From assembly GCA_964344605.1 (NCBI GenBank), contig CAYFNR010000003.1, forward strand, positions 1,289 to 65,288: DNA of 64,000 bases, written 5' to 3'. Below, piece after piece: positions 37,054-46,587 of the stretch; the first letter of the stretch is position 1, and each line of letters starts with the position of its first letter. The notes beneath the pieces were generated by a model. That model had not been told where the DNA came from, ran no database searches, and worked only from the letters and a program-made list of their open reading frames with translations. The DNA comes from Candidatus Woesearchaeota archaeon. Lineage in GTDB: Archaea; Nanobdellota; Nanobdellia; UBA10117; ARS21. Made by a program: the position numbers and the translations under genes.

Positions 37054-37641
37054 CTAGCGCAATATTTCTTCAGATTTAGATGTAAGATTCACAACGGTGC
37101 TTGGCTTACCTTTCTTTGGGCCTTCATAAACGATATAATCAACCTTGTTTTTTATTGTCTTATCTAAACTATTTAAAGAAGTCATATGCTTCTGGCCCGT
37201 TGGATTAACAGAAGTCGTCACGAATGGGACCTTTGCTAATGCAACAAGTTCAGAGAACCAATTATTTGGAATTCTTACGCCAAGTGTATCCTTACTTACT
37301 TCTCCAGCAACTGCTTTCTTGTTCTTAAGTTTGAGAATCAAAGTATAGGGTCCTGGAAGTTCTCTCAACCACTTCTCAGCGTTTTTGTTCACGATTAAAT
37401 TGCGCCTAATCCATTGAATAGACGGTGCAATAACTGAAAAGGGCTTTTTATCCCTAAACTTTACTTCCCTGATCTTTTGGACTGCCTCCGAATCCCTTGC
37501 ATTACAACCAATACCATAAATCGTGTCTGTTGGGTAAATGAATATCTTGCCGGCTTTTATTTCCTTTATAATATCTCTTTTCTTTATCAGACACTCTTTT
37601 TTATTCAAAGTATGCATATTATATGCTGGTTTCCAAAACAT
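37054..37641 (-). CDS. tsaC: L-threonylcarbamoyladenylate synthase (YrdC/Sua5 family, YrdC domain only)
   Basis: KIFIYPTDTIYGIGCNA...VQKIREVKFRDKKPFSVI, GPYTLIL, LGVRIP, TSVNPTG. Confidence 0.8.
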   Translation of the reverse strand: MFWKPAYNMHTLNKKECLIKKRDIIKEIKAGKIFIYPTDTIYGIGCNARDSEAVQKIREVKFRDKKPFSVIAPSIQWIRRNLIVNKNAEKWLRELPGPYTLILKLKNKKAVAGEVSKDTLGVRIPNNWFSELVALAKVPFVTTSVNPTGQKHMTSLNSLDKTIKNKVDYIVYEGPKKGKPSTVVNLTSKSEEILR

Positions 37642-37669
37642 TTATATCTTCTCTATTCTAATTTTTGCT
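37642..37669. promoter_or_regulatory. 28-nt divergent intergenic region with interleaved promoters (tsaC / ppa)
   Basis: Start codons sit at 37641 (minus) and 37670 (plus). TTTATATC (37641-37648) lies about 26 nt upstream of ppa and overlaps the tsaC start codon. AAAAATTA (minus sense, around 37659-37668) lies about 20-25 nt upstream of tsaC. Confidence 0.35.
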
Positions 37670-38200
37670 ATGGTTAACACATGGCACGATATCAGCGCCG
37701 GAGAAAAGGCTCCGAACGTAGTAAATGTAATTATTGAGATCCCAAGCGGGAGCAGGGATAAGTATGAACTAGACAAAGAAACTGGGTTGATTAAGCTTGA
37801 CCGTGTTCTAGAAACCTCTTTTGGATATCCGGGAAACTACGGATTCATACCACAGACTCTTTGTGATGATAACGATCCGCTAGATGTAATTATACTAACA
37901 CATTCTTCTTTGCATCCCGGAATTCTTGCCAAAGTCAGGCCAGTTGGAATGCTGGATATGATGGACGAAGGTGAGAAGGATGAGAAGATTTTGGCAGTTC
38001 CAGCCGATGACAAGAGATTCAATGAAATAAAAGATCTAAGACACGTTCCAAAAGGATTCTTGGATGAAATAGAACATTTCTTCAAACGCTACAAGGAAGT
38101 CAAAGGTTCAGAAGTAAAAGTTGGTAAGTGGGGCAACGCCAGAAAAGCAAAAGCGTTTATAAAGAAGAGTATGAAAATCTATGGAGATAGATTTAAGTAG
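37670..38200 (+). CDS. ppa: Inorganic pyrophosphatase (family I)
   Basis: VNVIIEIPSGSRDKYELDKETG, YPGNYGFIPQTLCDDNDPLDV, DEGEKDEKILAV. Start at MVNTWHD, not the hydrophobic track extension from 37538. Confidence 0.9.
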   Translation: MVNTWHDISAGEKAPNVVNVIIEIPSGSRDKYELDKETGLIKLDRVLETSFGYPGNYGFIPQTLCDDNDPLDVIILTHSSLHPGILAKVRPVGMLDMMDEGEKDEKILAVPADDKRFNEIKDLRHVPKGFLDEIEHFFKRYKEVKGSEVKVGKWGNARKAKAFIKKSMKIYGDRFK

Positions 38201-38231
38201 GCTTTTAAATTTTTTTATCTAACATATAATT

Positions 38232-38540
38232 ATGGTCAGAATAAAACCTACACCGAAGCCGTTTCAATTTTCTTATCCTGAGGGTAGAACTTTAGAAGGC
38301 ACCGTACTTGAAGAATTTCACAAGGATTACGAAGACGAGGGCTACACTTATAGAAAATTTATGCAGTTATGTGAAGCTGAAGGCGAGAAACTTATTAGAT
38401 TCGGCTATTGGAGAAAACCTACTGGCTCTGACGATAACAGTTGGGTTTTTGGTAGTCAAACTGCTCCGCTACTTCAGATAGAAATTCTTGAAGATATGAT
38501 AAAATATGCTCTGGAGCATAGTTGGATTAATTTAGATTAA
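38232..38540 (+). CDS. Hypothetical protein (102 aa)
   Basis: ORF with a TATA-like TTTTAAATTTTTTTATC upstream. No motif recognised. Confidence 0.4.
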   Translation: MVRIKPTPKPFQFSYPEGRTLEGTVLEEFHKDYEDEGYTYRKFMQLCEAEGEKLIRFGYWRKPTGSDDNSWVFGSQTAPLLQIEILEDMIKYALEHSWINLD

Positions 38541-38541
38541 A

Positions 38542-40323
38542 TCATTTGATGAATCCACCTTTCTGAAGATTCCAAAGTTTCTTGTAGACACCTTTTCTCC
38601 CGATAAGCTCTGAGTGCTTTCCTGTTTGAACTATCTCTCCATTTTCCAGAACGACTATCTTGTCAGCGTGCATAATGGTTGACAGACGATGGGCTATGAT
38701 TATTGTAGTTCTGCCTTTCATAAGTTTCTTCAGAGCTTCTTGTATCCTATGTTCTGTCTCAGAGTCCATAGAAGATGTTGCCTCATCCAAAACAAGTATT
38801 TTCTTGTCTGCGAGCAAAGCCCTGGCAATGGAAACTCTCTGCTTCTCCCCTCCAGAAAGCTTAACTCCGCGTTCTCCAACGATAGTCTTTTCTTTCTGCG
38901 GCAATCTGGCAATTAAATCTTCCAACTGAGCAGACTTTATGGCTGTCATAACTTCTTCTTTGGAAGCACCAGACCTAGAAAAAGCGATGTTGTTATAGAT
39001 GGTGTCATCAAATAAAACACACTCTTGTGGCACTATGCTAAGCTCTGATCTGAGAGATTCTTGCTTAACATCTCTTATGTCTTTGCCATCAACCAAAACA
39101 GACCCTGTACTCACGTCATAAAGGCGATACAAAAGCCTAATCAGCGTGGATTTTCCAGACCCTGAGCGGCCAACTAATGCAACTTTTTGGTTCTTTCCAA
39201 TCTTCAAATCAAAATCCTTAAACAAAGTTTTTCTTTTAGGATAGGAAAACGCCACGTTTTTGAACTCTATGGTGCCTTTCTTTACTGTCAAGTCTGGAGA
39301 AGCTTTCTTATCTTTGATATCATTCTCTATCTTATTATAGTGGAACAGCGATTCGAAGTCCGCCATCAACCTGTAATAATTTCTTATTCCGTGAGTAAAA
39401 CTGAACAACGAGCCAGTTATATTTCCATAAGCTGCGAATATGAATGTAACGGTCCCCAAAGTAGTTTCACCAGACAGCAAACTAACCACAGGATAGTAAA
39501 GAACTAGGATATATCCCAACCCAACTATTAGCTTCTGCCCTGCAGACGACCACCTAAAAAAATTCCAGTGCTTCACTTGGAACAGCTTCGTGTCGGCCGT
39601 GAGTTTAGCAAAACGATTTCTGATGTATGCCTCTTTTCCAAAATGTTTGATGGAATCTATGTTAGCGAAGATATCTGCAATATTGGCCTTTTCAAAGTCC
39701 TCAACTTTCAGTGCCTTAACATTTGCTACCTTCTGTATATGCTGCATAAAAACACTAAAGCTCACAAACACTATAGAAATAGCAACTACTGCCACTGCAG
39801 AAATCCATTCAAAATATATCAACGACACAATAATTGTGGCCATTTGCACAATAAGAGGAGCAAAGTTCCAAACTAAAGTATCAGTCATACGTTCTACAGC
39901 ATGGCCACCCCTTATCAACCTAGAAATTATCTGTCCTGTCTTCCGTGTTGTGTGAAAGTTGTAAGAAAGATGTATTATATGGTTGAAGAACTTTCTCTTC
40001 AAGTCTCTAATAAGACTTGAGTCTAGTTTGATTAACAAATGATGTTGCAACCAGTCCAAAGTAGACCTAAGCAAAACAATTGTAGCATAAGATGCCGCTA
40101 CTAACAAGAGCACCGTAACAAACTGATCGGTCAAGAGTGAGCCGTCCAAGAATGTTGTACCTTTGTCTACAATTATTTTAAACAGTAGTTTATCAAGTAT
40201 GAAGGAAGACTGTATGACAATAACAGTAAAAAGCACAGCCAAAGCGAGGGTTCTATGTTTTTTCAGCAGTTCTAGATATATCTTGATGTTATACTTAAAA
40301 TCTATTTCCCTATCACGTTTCAT
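38542..40323 (-). CDS. ABC exporter, fused permease/ATPase (MsbA/MdlB-like type I exporter)
   Basis: Six-TM N-terminal half. Walker A GRSGSGKST, signature LSGGEKQRVSIARAL, Walker B ILVLDEATS. Confidence 0.85.
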   Translation of the reverse strand: MKRDREIDFKYNIKIYLELLKKHRTLALAVLFTVIVIQSSFILDKLLFKIIVDKGTTFLDGSLLTDQFVTVLLLVAASYATIVLLRSTLDWLQHHLLIKLDSSLIRDLKRKFFNHIIHLSYNFHTTRKTGQIISRLIRGGHAVERMTDTLVWNFAPLIVQMATIIVSLIYFEWISAVAVVAISIVFVSFSVFMQHIQKVANVKALKVEDFEKANIADIFANIDSIKHFGKEAYIRNRFAKLTADTKLFQVKHWNFFRWSSAGQKLIVGLGYILVLYYPVVSLLSGETTLGTVTFIFAAYGNITGSLFSFTHGIRNYYRLMADFESLFHYNKIENDIKDKKASPDLTVKKGTIEFKNVAFSYPKRKTLFKDFDLKIGKNQKVALVGRSGSGKSTLIRLLYRLYDVSTGSVLVDGKDIRDVKQESLRSELSIVPQECVLFDDTIYNNIAFSRSGASKEEVMTAIKSAQLEDLIARLPQKEKTIVGERGVKLSGGEKQRVSIARALLADKKILVLDEATSSMDSETEHRIQEALKKLMKGRTTIIIAHRLSTIMHADKIVVLENGEIVQTGKHSELIGRKGVYKKLWNLQKGGFIK

Positions 40324-40361
40324 GGCAAATGGTTTAAATATTTAATTTTCTTGGTCTTAGT

Positions 40362-40496
40362 ATGCCTAAACCAGATATTATTTATAACACTTTTCGCAAC
40401 CCGAAAGAGTCCTACAAACATCTGGATGAGGATGTCGAAGAAGACTATCAAACTACTATCAAAGAAAAGAAGAACTCTAAGATTTTAAAGGATTAG
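40362..40496 (+). CDS. Possible small acidic protein, 44 aa (MPKPDIIYNTFRNPKESYKHLDEDVEEDYQTTIKEKKNSKILKD)
   Basis: ATG with GTTTAAATATTTAAT about 23 nt upstream, in a 217-nt gap. No homology recognised. Confidence 0.25.
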   Translation: MPKPDIIYNTFRNPKESYKHLDEDVEEDYQTTIKEKKNSKILKD

Positions 40497-40540
40497 GACA
40501 ATCACAAAACTCTTTTAATTTACAACTTGCAATCTAATTT

Positions 40541-41224
40541 ATGAAGAAAACCGTTATTTCTCTAAAAGACGTCTGGAAAGTCTACAAGATGGGTGCCGTT
40601 GAGGTCCCTGCCCTACAAGGTCTAAGTTTGGACATACATGCCGGAGATTTCATAATTATTCTAGGTCCAAGCGGAAGCGGAAAATCAACCGCTTTAAACA
40701 TGGCTGGATGCCTTGACTTGCCAACAAAAGGAACTGTTTTCCTGGACGGAAAAAACATTTCAAAATTAAGTACGAGTGTCTTGGCGCAGATCCGGGGACG
40801 GAAGATAGGCTTTGTTTTCCAGTCATTTAATCTCGTCCCAAGTCTAACGGCTTTGGATAACGTTATGCTACCTATGATCTTTCAAGAAATGCCTGAAAAA
40901 AAGAGGGTAAAAAGAGCACAAAAACTTCTAAGAGATGTCGGACTCGAAGGCAGGACACATCACCTACCTACTGAATTGTCTGGGGGAGAGCAGCAAAGAG
41001 TATCTATTGCTCGTTCATTAGCGAATGATCCAGAAGTTGTAATAGCGGATGAACCAACTGGAAATTTAGATTCCAAAACCGGTCAAAAAATTATGGATTT
41101 ACTAATCGACCTACACGATAAAAGCAAGAAAACATTAATAATAGTAACACACGATCACGAACTTGCAAAACATTACAAACACAAAAAAATATATAGGATG
41201 GTAGATGGAGTAATTAAGAGATGA
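40541..41224 (+). CDS. ABC transporter ATP-binding protein (MacB/LolD-type)
   Basis: GPSGSGKST, FVFQSFNLVPSLTALDNV, LSGGEQQRVSIARSL, VIADEPTGNLD. Confidence 0.85.
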   Translation: MKKTVISLKDVWKVYKMGAVEVPALQGLSLDIHAGDFIIILGPSGSGKSTALNMAGCLDLPTKGTVFLDGKNISKLSTSVLAQIRGRKIGFVFQSFNLVPSLTALDNVMLPMIFQEMPEKKRVKRAQKLLRDVGLEGRTHHLPTELSGGEQQRVSIARSLANDPEVVIADEPTGNLDSKTGQKIMDLLIDLHDKSKKTLIIVTHDHELAKHYKHKKIYRMVDGVIKR

Positions 41225-42129
41225 AGAAATTCCTCGTTCCCGTGTTCGTGCTTCTAATTTTCGCCTTAGCTTCTGCAGAAACGACTGTGGATAATCCTAC
41301 CACAAAAACTTACTTGTCCGCAACTGACAGCTCAAATTTAATAATTAAAAGCACAAATTATGATCCAAGTCCCGCTGAGCCGGGAAAATATGTTGATGTG
41401 TGGGTTGTCGTTCAGAACTTTGGTAATAAAGAATTGAAAAGGTCTTGGTTGAAATTAGAACCAGAATATCCTTTCTCGTTTAATCCTGGAGAAACAGGAA
41501 TTGAAGGGGTTGATTTAATCCCACAGGGCAGAGAAGAGCTTATGGAGTATAGGCTAAGGGTGGACGACCAAGCAATTGAAGGTACATATGATTTGGAAGT
41601 TATCCTCTGCGAAGATTCCAATTGTGATAGGGAGATAAGGAAATCCACAATTGACATAATGGTAAGAACTGGAGGAAGACCAAAACTTGAGATTGGGCTC
41701 GAAGACTCTTCTGTGTTTCTTCCTGAAACGCTTGGAGAAATAACAATAAGCACCGTAAACAAAGGAAAGCTGGGAATCAAGTTCCTAACAATTGAAGTCA
41801 TGGACTCTGAGGAATACAATCTCGTTTCTCCTGCCAGAGTATACGTCGGAGAATTAGACTCAGATGATTTCGAAACCGAGGACTTCAAGATATACACCAA
41901 ATCAGCAACAGGAGTTATTAACGTGCCAGTTAAAGTTGAGTACTCTGATGAAAATTTCAAAGACTACACTTCCATAGAAAATATAGAATTCAAAGTTTTC
42001 TCCAAAAAAGATGCTAAGAATATGGGCTTAGTACCAAAAAACAAAACTGCTGGGTACTTAATCACATTAGCTGCAATAGTTCTTCTAGCCTTCCTTTACA
42101 GAAGGAGGAAGAAAAAGCATGAATCTTAA
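41221..42129 (+). CDS. Exported, C-terminally anchored beta-rich protein encoded inside the MacB-type ABC operon
   Basis: Signal peptide (FLVPVFVLLIFALASA), C-terminal TM plus RRRKKKHES. Overlaps both neighbours (4 nt and 11 nt). Confidence 0.5.
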   Translation: MKKFLVPVFVLLIFALASAETTVDNPTTKTYLSATDSSNLIIKSTNYDPSPAEPGKYVDVWVVVQNFGNKELKRSWLKLEPEYPFSFNPGETGIEGVDLIPQGREELMEYRLRVDDQAIEGTYDLEVILCEDSNCDREIRKSTIDIMVRTGGRPKLEIGLEDSSVFLPETLGEITISTVNKGKLGIKFLTIEVMDSEEYNLVSPARVYVGELDSDDFETEDFKIYTKSATGVINVPVKVEYSDENFKDYTSIENIEFKVFSKKDAKNMGLVPKNKTAGYLITLAAIVLLAFLYRRRKKKHES

Positions 42130-43315
42130 AGACCACTTCCAGATTGCCATTAAAAACATTCGGAGGCGAAAGCTGAGAAGCTGGTTGACGACTTTAGGAA
42201 TTGTTATTGGAATTACGGCTATGGTCGCCATGATGATTATCGGCCAAGGGACTGAGAATGCAATTCAAGAAGCTTTTGAGCAATTTGGAACAGACATAAT
42301 TCTTATCCAAGGCGGTGCAGAGTTTGCTCCTCCAGCCCCAGGAGAAATCGGACTCTCGGACGAAGATATTGAAACGGTCAGAGGTGTTTCTGGAGTAGAT
42401 TATGTACTTCCTATTTTATATGATACAGCCAAAGTTGAATTCCACTCTGAAGAAGAATACACTTTTGTTGGTGGATATGAAACTGAAAATTTGGAGGATT
42501 TCTTCAGAAAAACACGGTTTGAAATACAAGATGGTCGGCTTTTTAGAGACGACGAAGATACTTCTGCAATTATTGGTGTCCGTGTTGTGGATAAAATGTT
42601 CGAAGACGAAATCAAATTAAAAAATAGAATAAAAATTGAAGATAAAACATTCAAGGTCGTTGGAGTAATGAATGAAATTGGCAACGCCCAAGACGACTCT
42701 TCCATTATTGTGACGATGGAAGCAGCTCGGGACCTTTTCGGCGAACCAGAAGGGGCGAGCGCGATGATGGCTATCGCAAAGCCGGGACTAAATCTGGATG
42801 ACTTAGCCGAAGATATTAAGGACGAGCTGAAAGACGCGAGGGACGATGAAAATTTTCAAGTTTACACTTCGGCGCAATTACTGGAACAGATTACTGGAAT
42901 TCTTGGAGTAGTGAGATCTGTCCTAGTAGGAATAGCAATGATTGCTCTCGTTGTTGGAGCAGTAGGAATAATGAATACAATGTACATGTCCGTTCTGGAG
43001 AGGACCAAAGAAATAGGTATAATGAAATCCATTGGGGCAACAAACAAGGCTATCTTAAGCATATTCTTAATTGAATCCGCAGCCTTCGGCGCCGTGGGAG
43101 GAGTAATAGGGACTGCATTTGGAGTAGGAATCTCTTTATTTGTAGGCTGGATTGTAGAATTCCTAGATCTAGGAATACCTTTTATAATTAAAATCAAACC
43201 GGAACTGATTGTATTTGCAGTAGTTTTCTCGGCAGTAGTTGGAATGATATCGGGGTTCTTCCCGGCAAGAAATGCGGCAAAAATGAATCCGGTTGATGCG
43301 CTAAGATATGAGTAG
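42119..43315 (+). CDS. ABC transporter permease (MacB/FtsX family)
   Basis: N-terminal TM, large extracytoplasmic domain, C-terminal FtsX-type three-TM bundle (TKEIGIMKSIGATNKAIL..., PARNAAKMNPVDALRYE). Confidence 0.8.
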   Translation: MNLKDHFQIAIKNIRRRKLRSWLTTLGIVIGITAMVAMMIIGQGTENAIQEAFEQFGTDIILIQGGAEFAPPAPGEIGLSDEDIETVRGVSGVDYVLPILYDTAKVEFHSEEEYTFVGGYETENLEDFFRKTRFEIQDGRLFRDDEDTSAIIGVRVVDKMFEDEIKLKNRIKIEDKTFKVVGVMNEIGNAQDDSSIIVTMEAARDLFGEPEGASAMMAIAKPGLNLDDLAEDIKDELKDARDDENFQVYTSAQLLEQITGILGVVRSVLVGIAMIALVVGAVGIMNTMYMSVLERTKEIGIMKSIGATNKAILSIFLIESAAFGAVGGVIGTAFGVGISLFVGWIVEFLDLGIPFIIKIKPELIVFAVVFSAVVGMISGFFPARNAAKMNPVDALRYE

Positions 43316-43324
43316 TTAGTAATT

Positions 43325-43336
43325 CTTTTATAGTAT
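43325..43336 (+). promoter_or_regulatory. TATA-like box for tyrS
   Basis: CTTTTATAGTAT centred about 24 nt upstream of ATG 43354. Confidence 0.45.
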
Positions 43337-43353
43337 ATTTTACTAGTTCAAAG

Positions 43354-44352
43354 ATGAACAAACGTCACAAACTAATTGCCCAAGACACCACGGAAATAGT
43401 TACTAATCAAAAACTAACAAAATTACTGAACGAAAAAAAACATCCAACTTCTTATTGGGGAGTTGCTCCCACAGGACCTCCACATGTAGGATATTATCGA
43501 ACTCTAGCAAAACAAATTGATTTAGTAAAAGCAGGATGTAAACACAAAGTCCTAATTGCGAACATACATGCTTTCTTAGACGACTTAAAATCCCCTTGGG
43601 ATGAAGTAGACACTCGAGGAAAGATTTACAAAAAATGCTTTCAGCTATTGGGTCTAAAAGGTCAAAATGTTAAATATATTCTAGGAACAGAGTATCAGCT
43701 GAAATCTTCCTATCAATTGGAAACTCTCAAAGCATCGACACTAGTCACACACAAAAGAGCAACCAGAGCTGCTTCAGAAGTTGTAAGAATGACTAACCCA
43801 AAAGTATCATCCCTTATCTATCCTATAATGCAAGCAATGGATTGCTGGGCGTTGGATGTAGATATAGCTTATGGGGGCATAGACCAAAGACATGTTTACA
43901 TGCTTGCAACAGATTTGCTGTCTAAATTAGGACACAAGCCTCCAGTATATGTATTTACTCCACTTGGTATCGGCTTAGCGGGAGGCGAAAAAATGTCGGC
44001 ATCTGTCAAAGCAAGTAGACTTGACCTTTTTGCGTCTCCAAAAGATATCAAAAGTAAAATCAATAAAGGATATTGTCCCGCAGGTATAACAAAAGATAAT
44101 CCTATTTTAGAATACAGCAAGTATTTAATTTTTCCAAAGGTTAAACAATTTACAATCAAACGTCCAACCAAATATGGTGGAGATATTAAATTCAAAAAGT
44201 TTGAAGGCCTAGAAAAAAGTTTTGCACAGAATAAAATACATCCTAAAGATCTAAAAGAAACTACATCAGATTATTTGATAGATATATTAAAACCTGTTAG
44301 AAATTATTTTGAAAAGAATTCAGATCTCTTGAAAACGTTTGAAAAAGAGTAG
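43354..44352 (+). CDS. tyrS: Tyrosyl-tRNA synthetase (archaeal type)
   Basis: APTGPPHVGYY (HIGH-type), GGIDQRHVYMLATDLL, KMSAS (KMSKS-type). The 332 aa length fits archaeal TyrRS rather than TrpRS. Confidence 0.8.
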   Translation: MNKRHKLIAQDTTEIVTNQKLTKLLNEKKHPTSYWGVAPTGPPHVGYYRTLAKQIDLVKAGCKHKVLIANIHAFLDDLKSPWDEVDTRGKIYKKCFQLLGLKGQNVKYILGTEYQLKSSYQLETLKASTLVTHKRATRAASEVVRMTNPKVSSLIYPIMQAMDCWALDVDIAYGGIDQRHVYMLATDLLSKLGHKPPVYVFTPLGIGLAGGEKMSASVKASRLDLFASPKDIKSKINKGYCPAGITKDNPILEYSKYLIFPKVKQFTIKRPTKYGGDIKFKKFEGLEKSFAQNKIHPKDLKETTSDYLIDILKPVRNYFEKNSDLLKTFEKE

Positions 44353-44399
44353 TAGCAATCTATAGATATACTTTTAAGTTTCTACATTTTATTTAGAAC

Positions 44400-46085
44400 A
44401 TGAAGAAAATTATTGAAAAGCATGCTTTAATTAATGCTTTACAGCATGAAGGGAAAGCTTCTCCAAAAGCTGTTATGAACAAAGTTCTTGGTGAATTACG
44501 GGGCAAAAAAATAGACTTTAAAAAACTTGCAAAAAACACAGACAAAACTGTCAAAGACACAAATAAAATTGGATTGGAAAAGCAAACTGAAAAGTTAAAG
44601 AAACTTCATCCAGAATTTTTTAAAGTCAGAAGAAAAACTAAAGAAAAAGGCTTGCCTGCACTTCCAAAAGCTGTCAAAGGCAAAGTTGTACTTAGATTTG
44701 AACCATCTCCATCTGGTCCACTACATATAGGGCACACTTTCATTCTGCTAATAAATTCACTTTACAAAAAGAAATACAATGGCAAATTAATTGTTAGAAT
44801 CTCTGACACAAACCCAACCAACATATATTTACCAGCTTACAAGCAAATAGTTGATAATGCTCAATGGGTCACAAACAATGCAGTTGACGAAGTTGAAGTT
44901 CAATCTGACAGAATGAAAATATATTATCAAAAAGCTAAAGATCTAATTACTTCAGGATTTGCGTACGTTTGCACCTGCAGACCTGAGAAATTCAAAGAAT
45001 TTTCAACGCAGATGGTTGCTTGCCCATGCAGGCAAATGACTCCAGAAGAAAATCTTAATCGATGGAAAGACATGTTCTATATCTATCATCCGGGAGGGGC
45101 TGCATTAAGAATTAAAACCGACGTCACGCATAAAAATCCGGCAATGAGAGAGTGGGTTGCATTTAGAATAACAGAAGAAAGACACTCAAGGCAGACAGAC
45201 AAGTATAGAGTTTGGCCAATGATGAATTTTGCAGTGCCGATTGATGACCACGAGATGGGTGTTACTCATGTTATTAGGGGAAAAGATCACGAATCAAACG
45301 CAGAAAAACAGGCGTTTATTTACAAATACTTTCGCTGGAAACTTCCAGAGTTTGTCTATTTAGGAAGAATAAATTTCAAAGGATTGAAATTGAGTACCAC
45401 ACAATTCAGACAGCAGATTAATTCCAAAGCCTATACTGGATGGAATGATATAAGGCTTCCAACTCTATTTGCTCTGCAGAGAAGAGGAATTCAGCCAGAA
45501 GCCCTGGAAAAATATGTCGGGGAAATAGGTCCAAGCAAGGCTGATAAAACAGTAAATTACTCAGAATACACCAAAACACTTTACAGATTTAACAAAGAAA
45601 TAATTGATTCGGAATCAAATAGATATTATTTCGTTCCAGATCCCGTTAAATTGCACGTAAGAAAAGCCCCTTCAACCAAGGTCGTAGGACTAAAAGTTCA
45701 TCCAGACAAAGAAAAAATTCGGGAAGTCAGAGTAAGCAAGGTAATAGGCGTTCCTAAAAAAGATTTCAAAAAATATTCTGGCAAAGAAATCCGTCTGAAA
45801 GGTTTGTACAATGTAAAACTTAGCAGTCGCAAACTGCTCAAATATTCTACAGCCCAATTTACTGGAACGGCCCTAAAAGCAAAACCTACAAAGATCCAAT
45901 GGGTTGCTGGAAAAGGTATAAAAACTGAGGTCCTTATGCTCGACGGAAAAAAAGTCAGCGGAATATCAGAACTGGGCGTTTCAAGACTAAAAGAAGGTTC
46001 TATTGTCCAATTTGAAAGATTTGGATTCTGCCGTCTGGACAAAAAAGACAAGAAAAAACTAATCTTTGTTTTCACTCACAGTTGA
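44400..46085 (+). CDS. gltX: Glutamyl-tRNA synthetase (archaeal type)
   Basis: RFEPSPSGPLHIGHT (HIGH), THVIRGKDH, archaeal N-terminal ALINALQHEGKASPKAVMNKVLGE segment. 561 aa. Confidence 0.85.
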   Translation: MKKIIEKHALINALQHEGKASPKAVMNKVLGELRGKKIDFKKLAKNTDKTVKDTNKIGLEKQTEKLKKLHPEFFKVRRKTKEKGLPALPKAVKGKVVLRFEPSPSGPLHIGHTFILLINSLYKKKYNGKLIVRISDTNPTNIYLPAYKQIVDNAQWVTNNAVDEVEVQSDRMKIYYQKAKDLITSGFAYVCTCRPEKFKEFSTQMVACPCRQMTPEENLNRWKDMFYIYHPGGAALRIKTDVTHKNPAMREWVAFRITEERHSRQTDKYRVWPMMNFAVPIDDHEMGVTHVIRGKDHESNAEKQAFIYKYFRWKLPEFVYLGRINFKGLKLSTTQFRQQINSKAYTGWNDIRLPTLFALQRRGIQPEALEKYVGEIGPSKADKTVNYSEYTKTLYRFNKEIIDSESNRYYFVPDPVKLHVRKAPSTKVVGLKVHPDKEKIREVRVSKVIGVPKKDFKKYSGKEIRLKGLYNVKLSSRKLLKYSTAQFTGTALKAKPTKIQWVAGKGIKTEVLMLDGKKVSGISELGVSRLKEGSIVQFERFGFCRLDKKDKKKLIFVFTHS

Positions 46086-46490
46086 ATTTTTATAAGATTC
46101 TATAATTCCAGAAAACTCTTTTTCCATATCTATTAAATTTAGGAACTCTTCGCGGTGCCATATAATCTGTTTGTAAGCATGCAGCAATTCCATGTTACAA
46201 AATTCATCAGAAGCTACCATCCTTTCAAATCTCTGATACATTCCAATATAGATACAACCAGCTGAATTAGCGGACTGTCTTAACACGGACTGCAACTTTT
46301 CCGCAGCAGTCATACTATTTTTACTTTCTAATGATTCACTTCTAAGAAAATCGTACACACTAACTATCTTGTTAACATCTGGTTCCAAAAAATGACCTTG
46401 TTCTAAGTTTTGATGCTCTTTTAAAATGTCATCCAAAACAGACGTAATTTCTTGCATATTATGTCTTGGTTTTTGCTCGCCCAAACTCAT
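46059..46490 (-). CDS. Hypothetical helical protein (143 aa)
   Basis: ORF with CTTTAAAAAG about 28 nt upstream of ATG 46490. Its 3' end overlaps the gltX 3' end by 27 nt. No motif recognised. Confidence 0.4.
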   Translation of the reverse strand: MSLGEQKPRHNMQEITSVLDDILKEHQNLEQGHFLEPDVNKIVSVYDFLRSESLESKNSMTAAEKLQSVLRQSANSAGCIYIGMYQRFERMVASDEFCNMELLHAYKQIIWHREEFLNLIDMEKEFSGIIESYKNSTVSENKD

Positions 46491-46543
46491 GTCCGCACTT
46501 CTATAATGACAATCTTTTTAAAGACTTCTGTAAACCATAGAAC

Positions 46544-46584
46544 ACGCCAATGAGCGATAACAAATTCGTGAATGAGCGAGGTGT
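46544..46584 (+). promoter_or_regulatory. Putative kink-turn (L7Ae-binding) element in the rpl7ae 5' leader, sequestering the Shine-Dalgarno
   Basis: Hand fold. C-stem A46544-U46584, C45-G83, G46-U82, C47-G81, C48-G80. Bulge A49 A50 U51. Sheared pairs G52-A79 and A53-G78. NC stem G54-C77, C55-G76. GAGGUG (46578-46583) is the SD for AUG 46588. AAUGAGCGA occurs twice (46549, 46571). Confidence 0.45.
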
Positions 46585-46587
46585 AAA

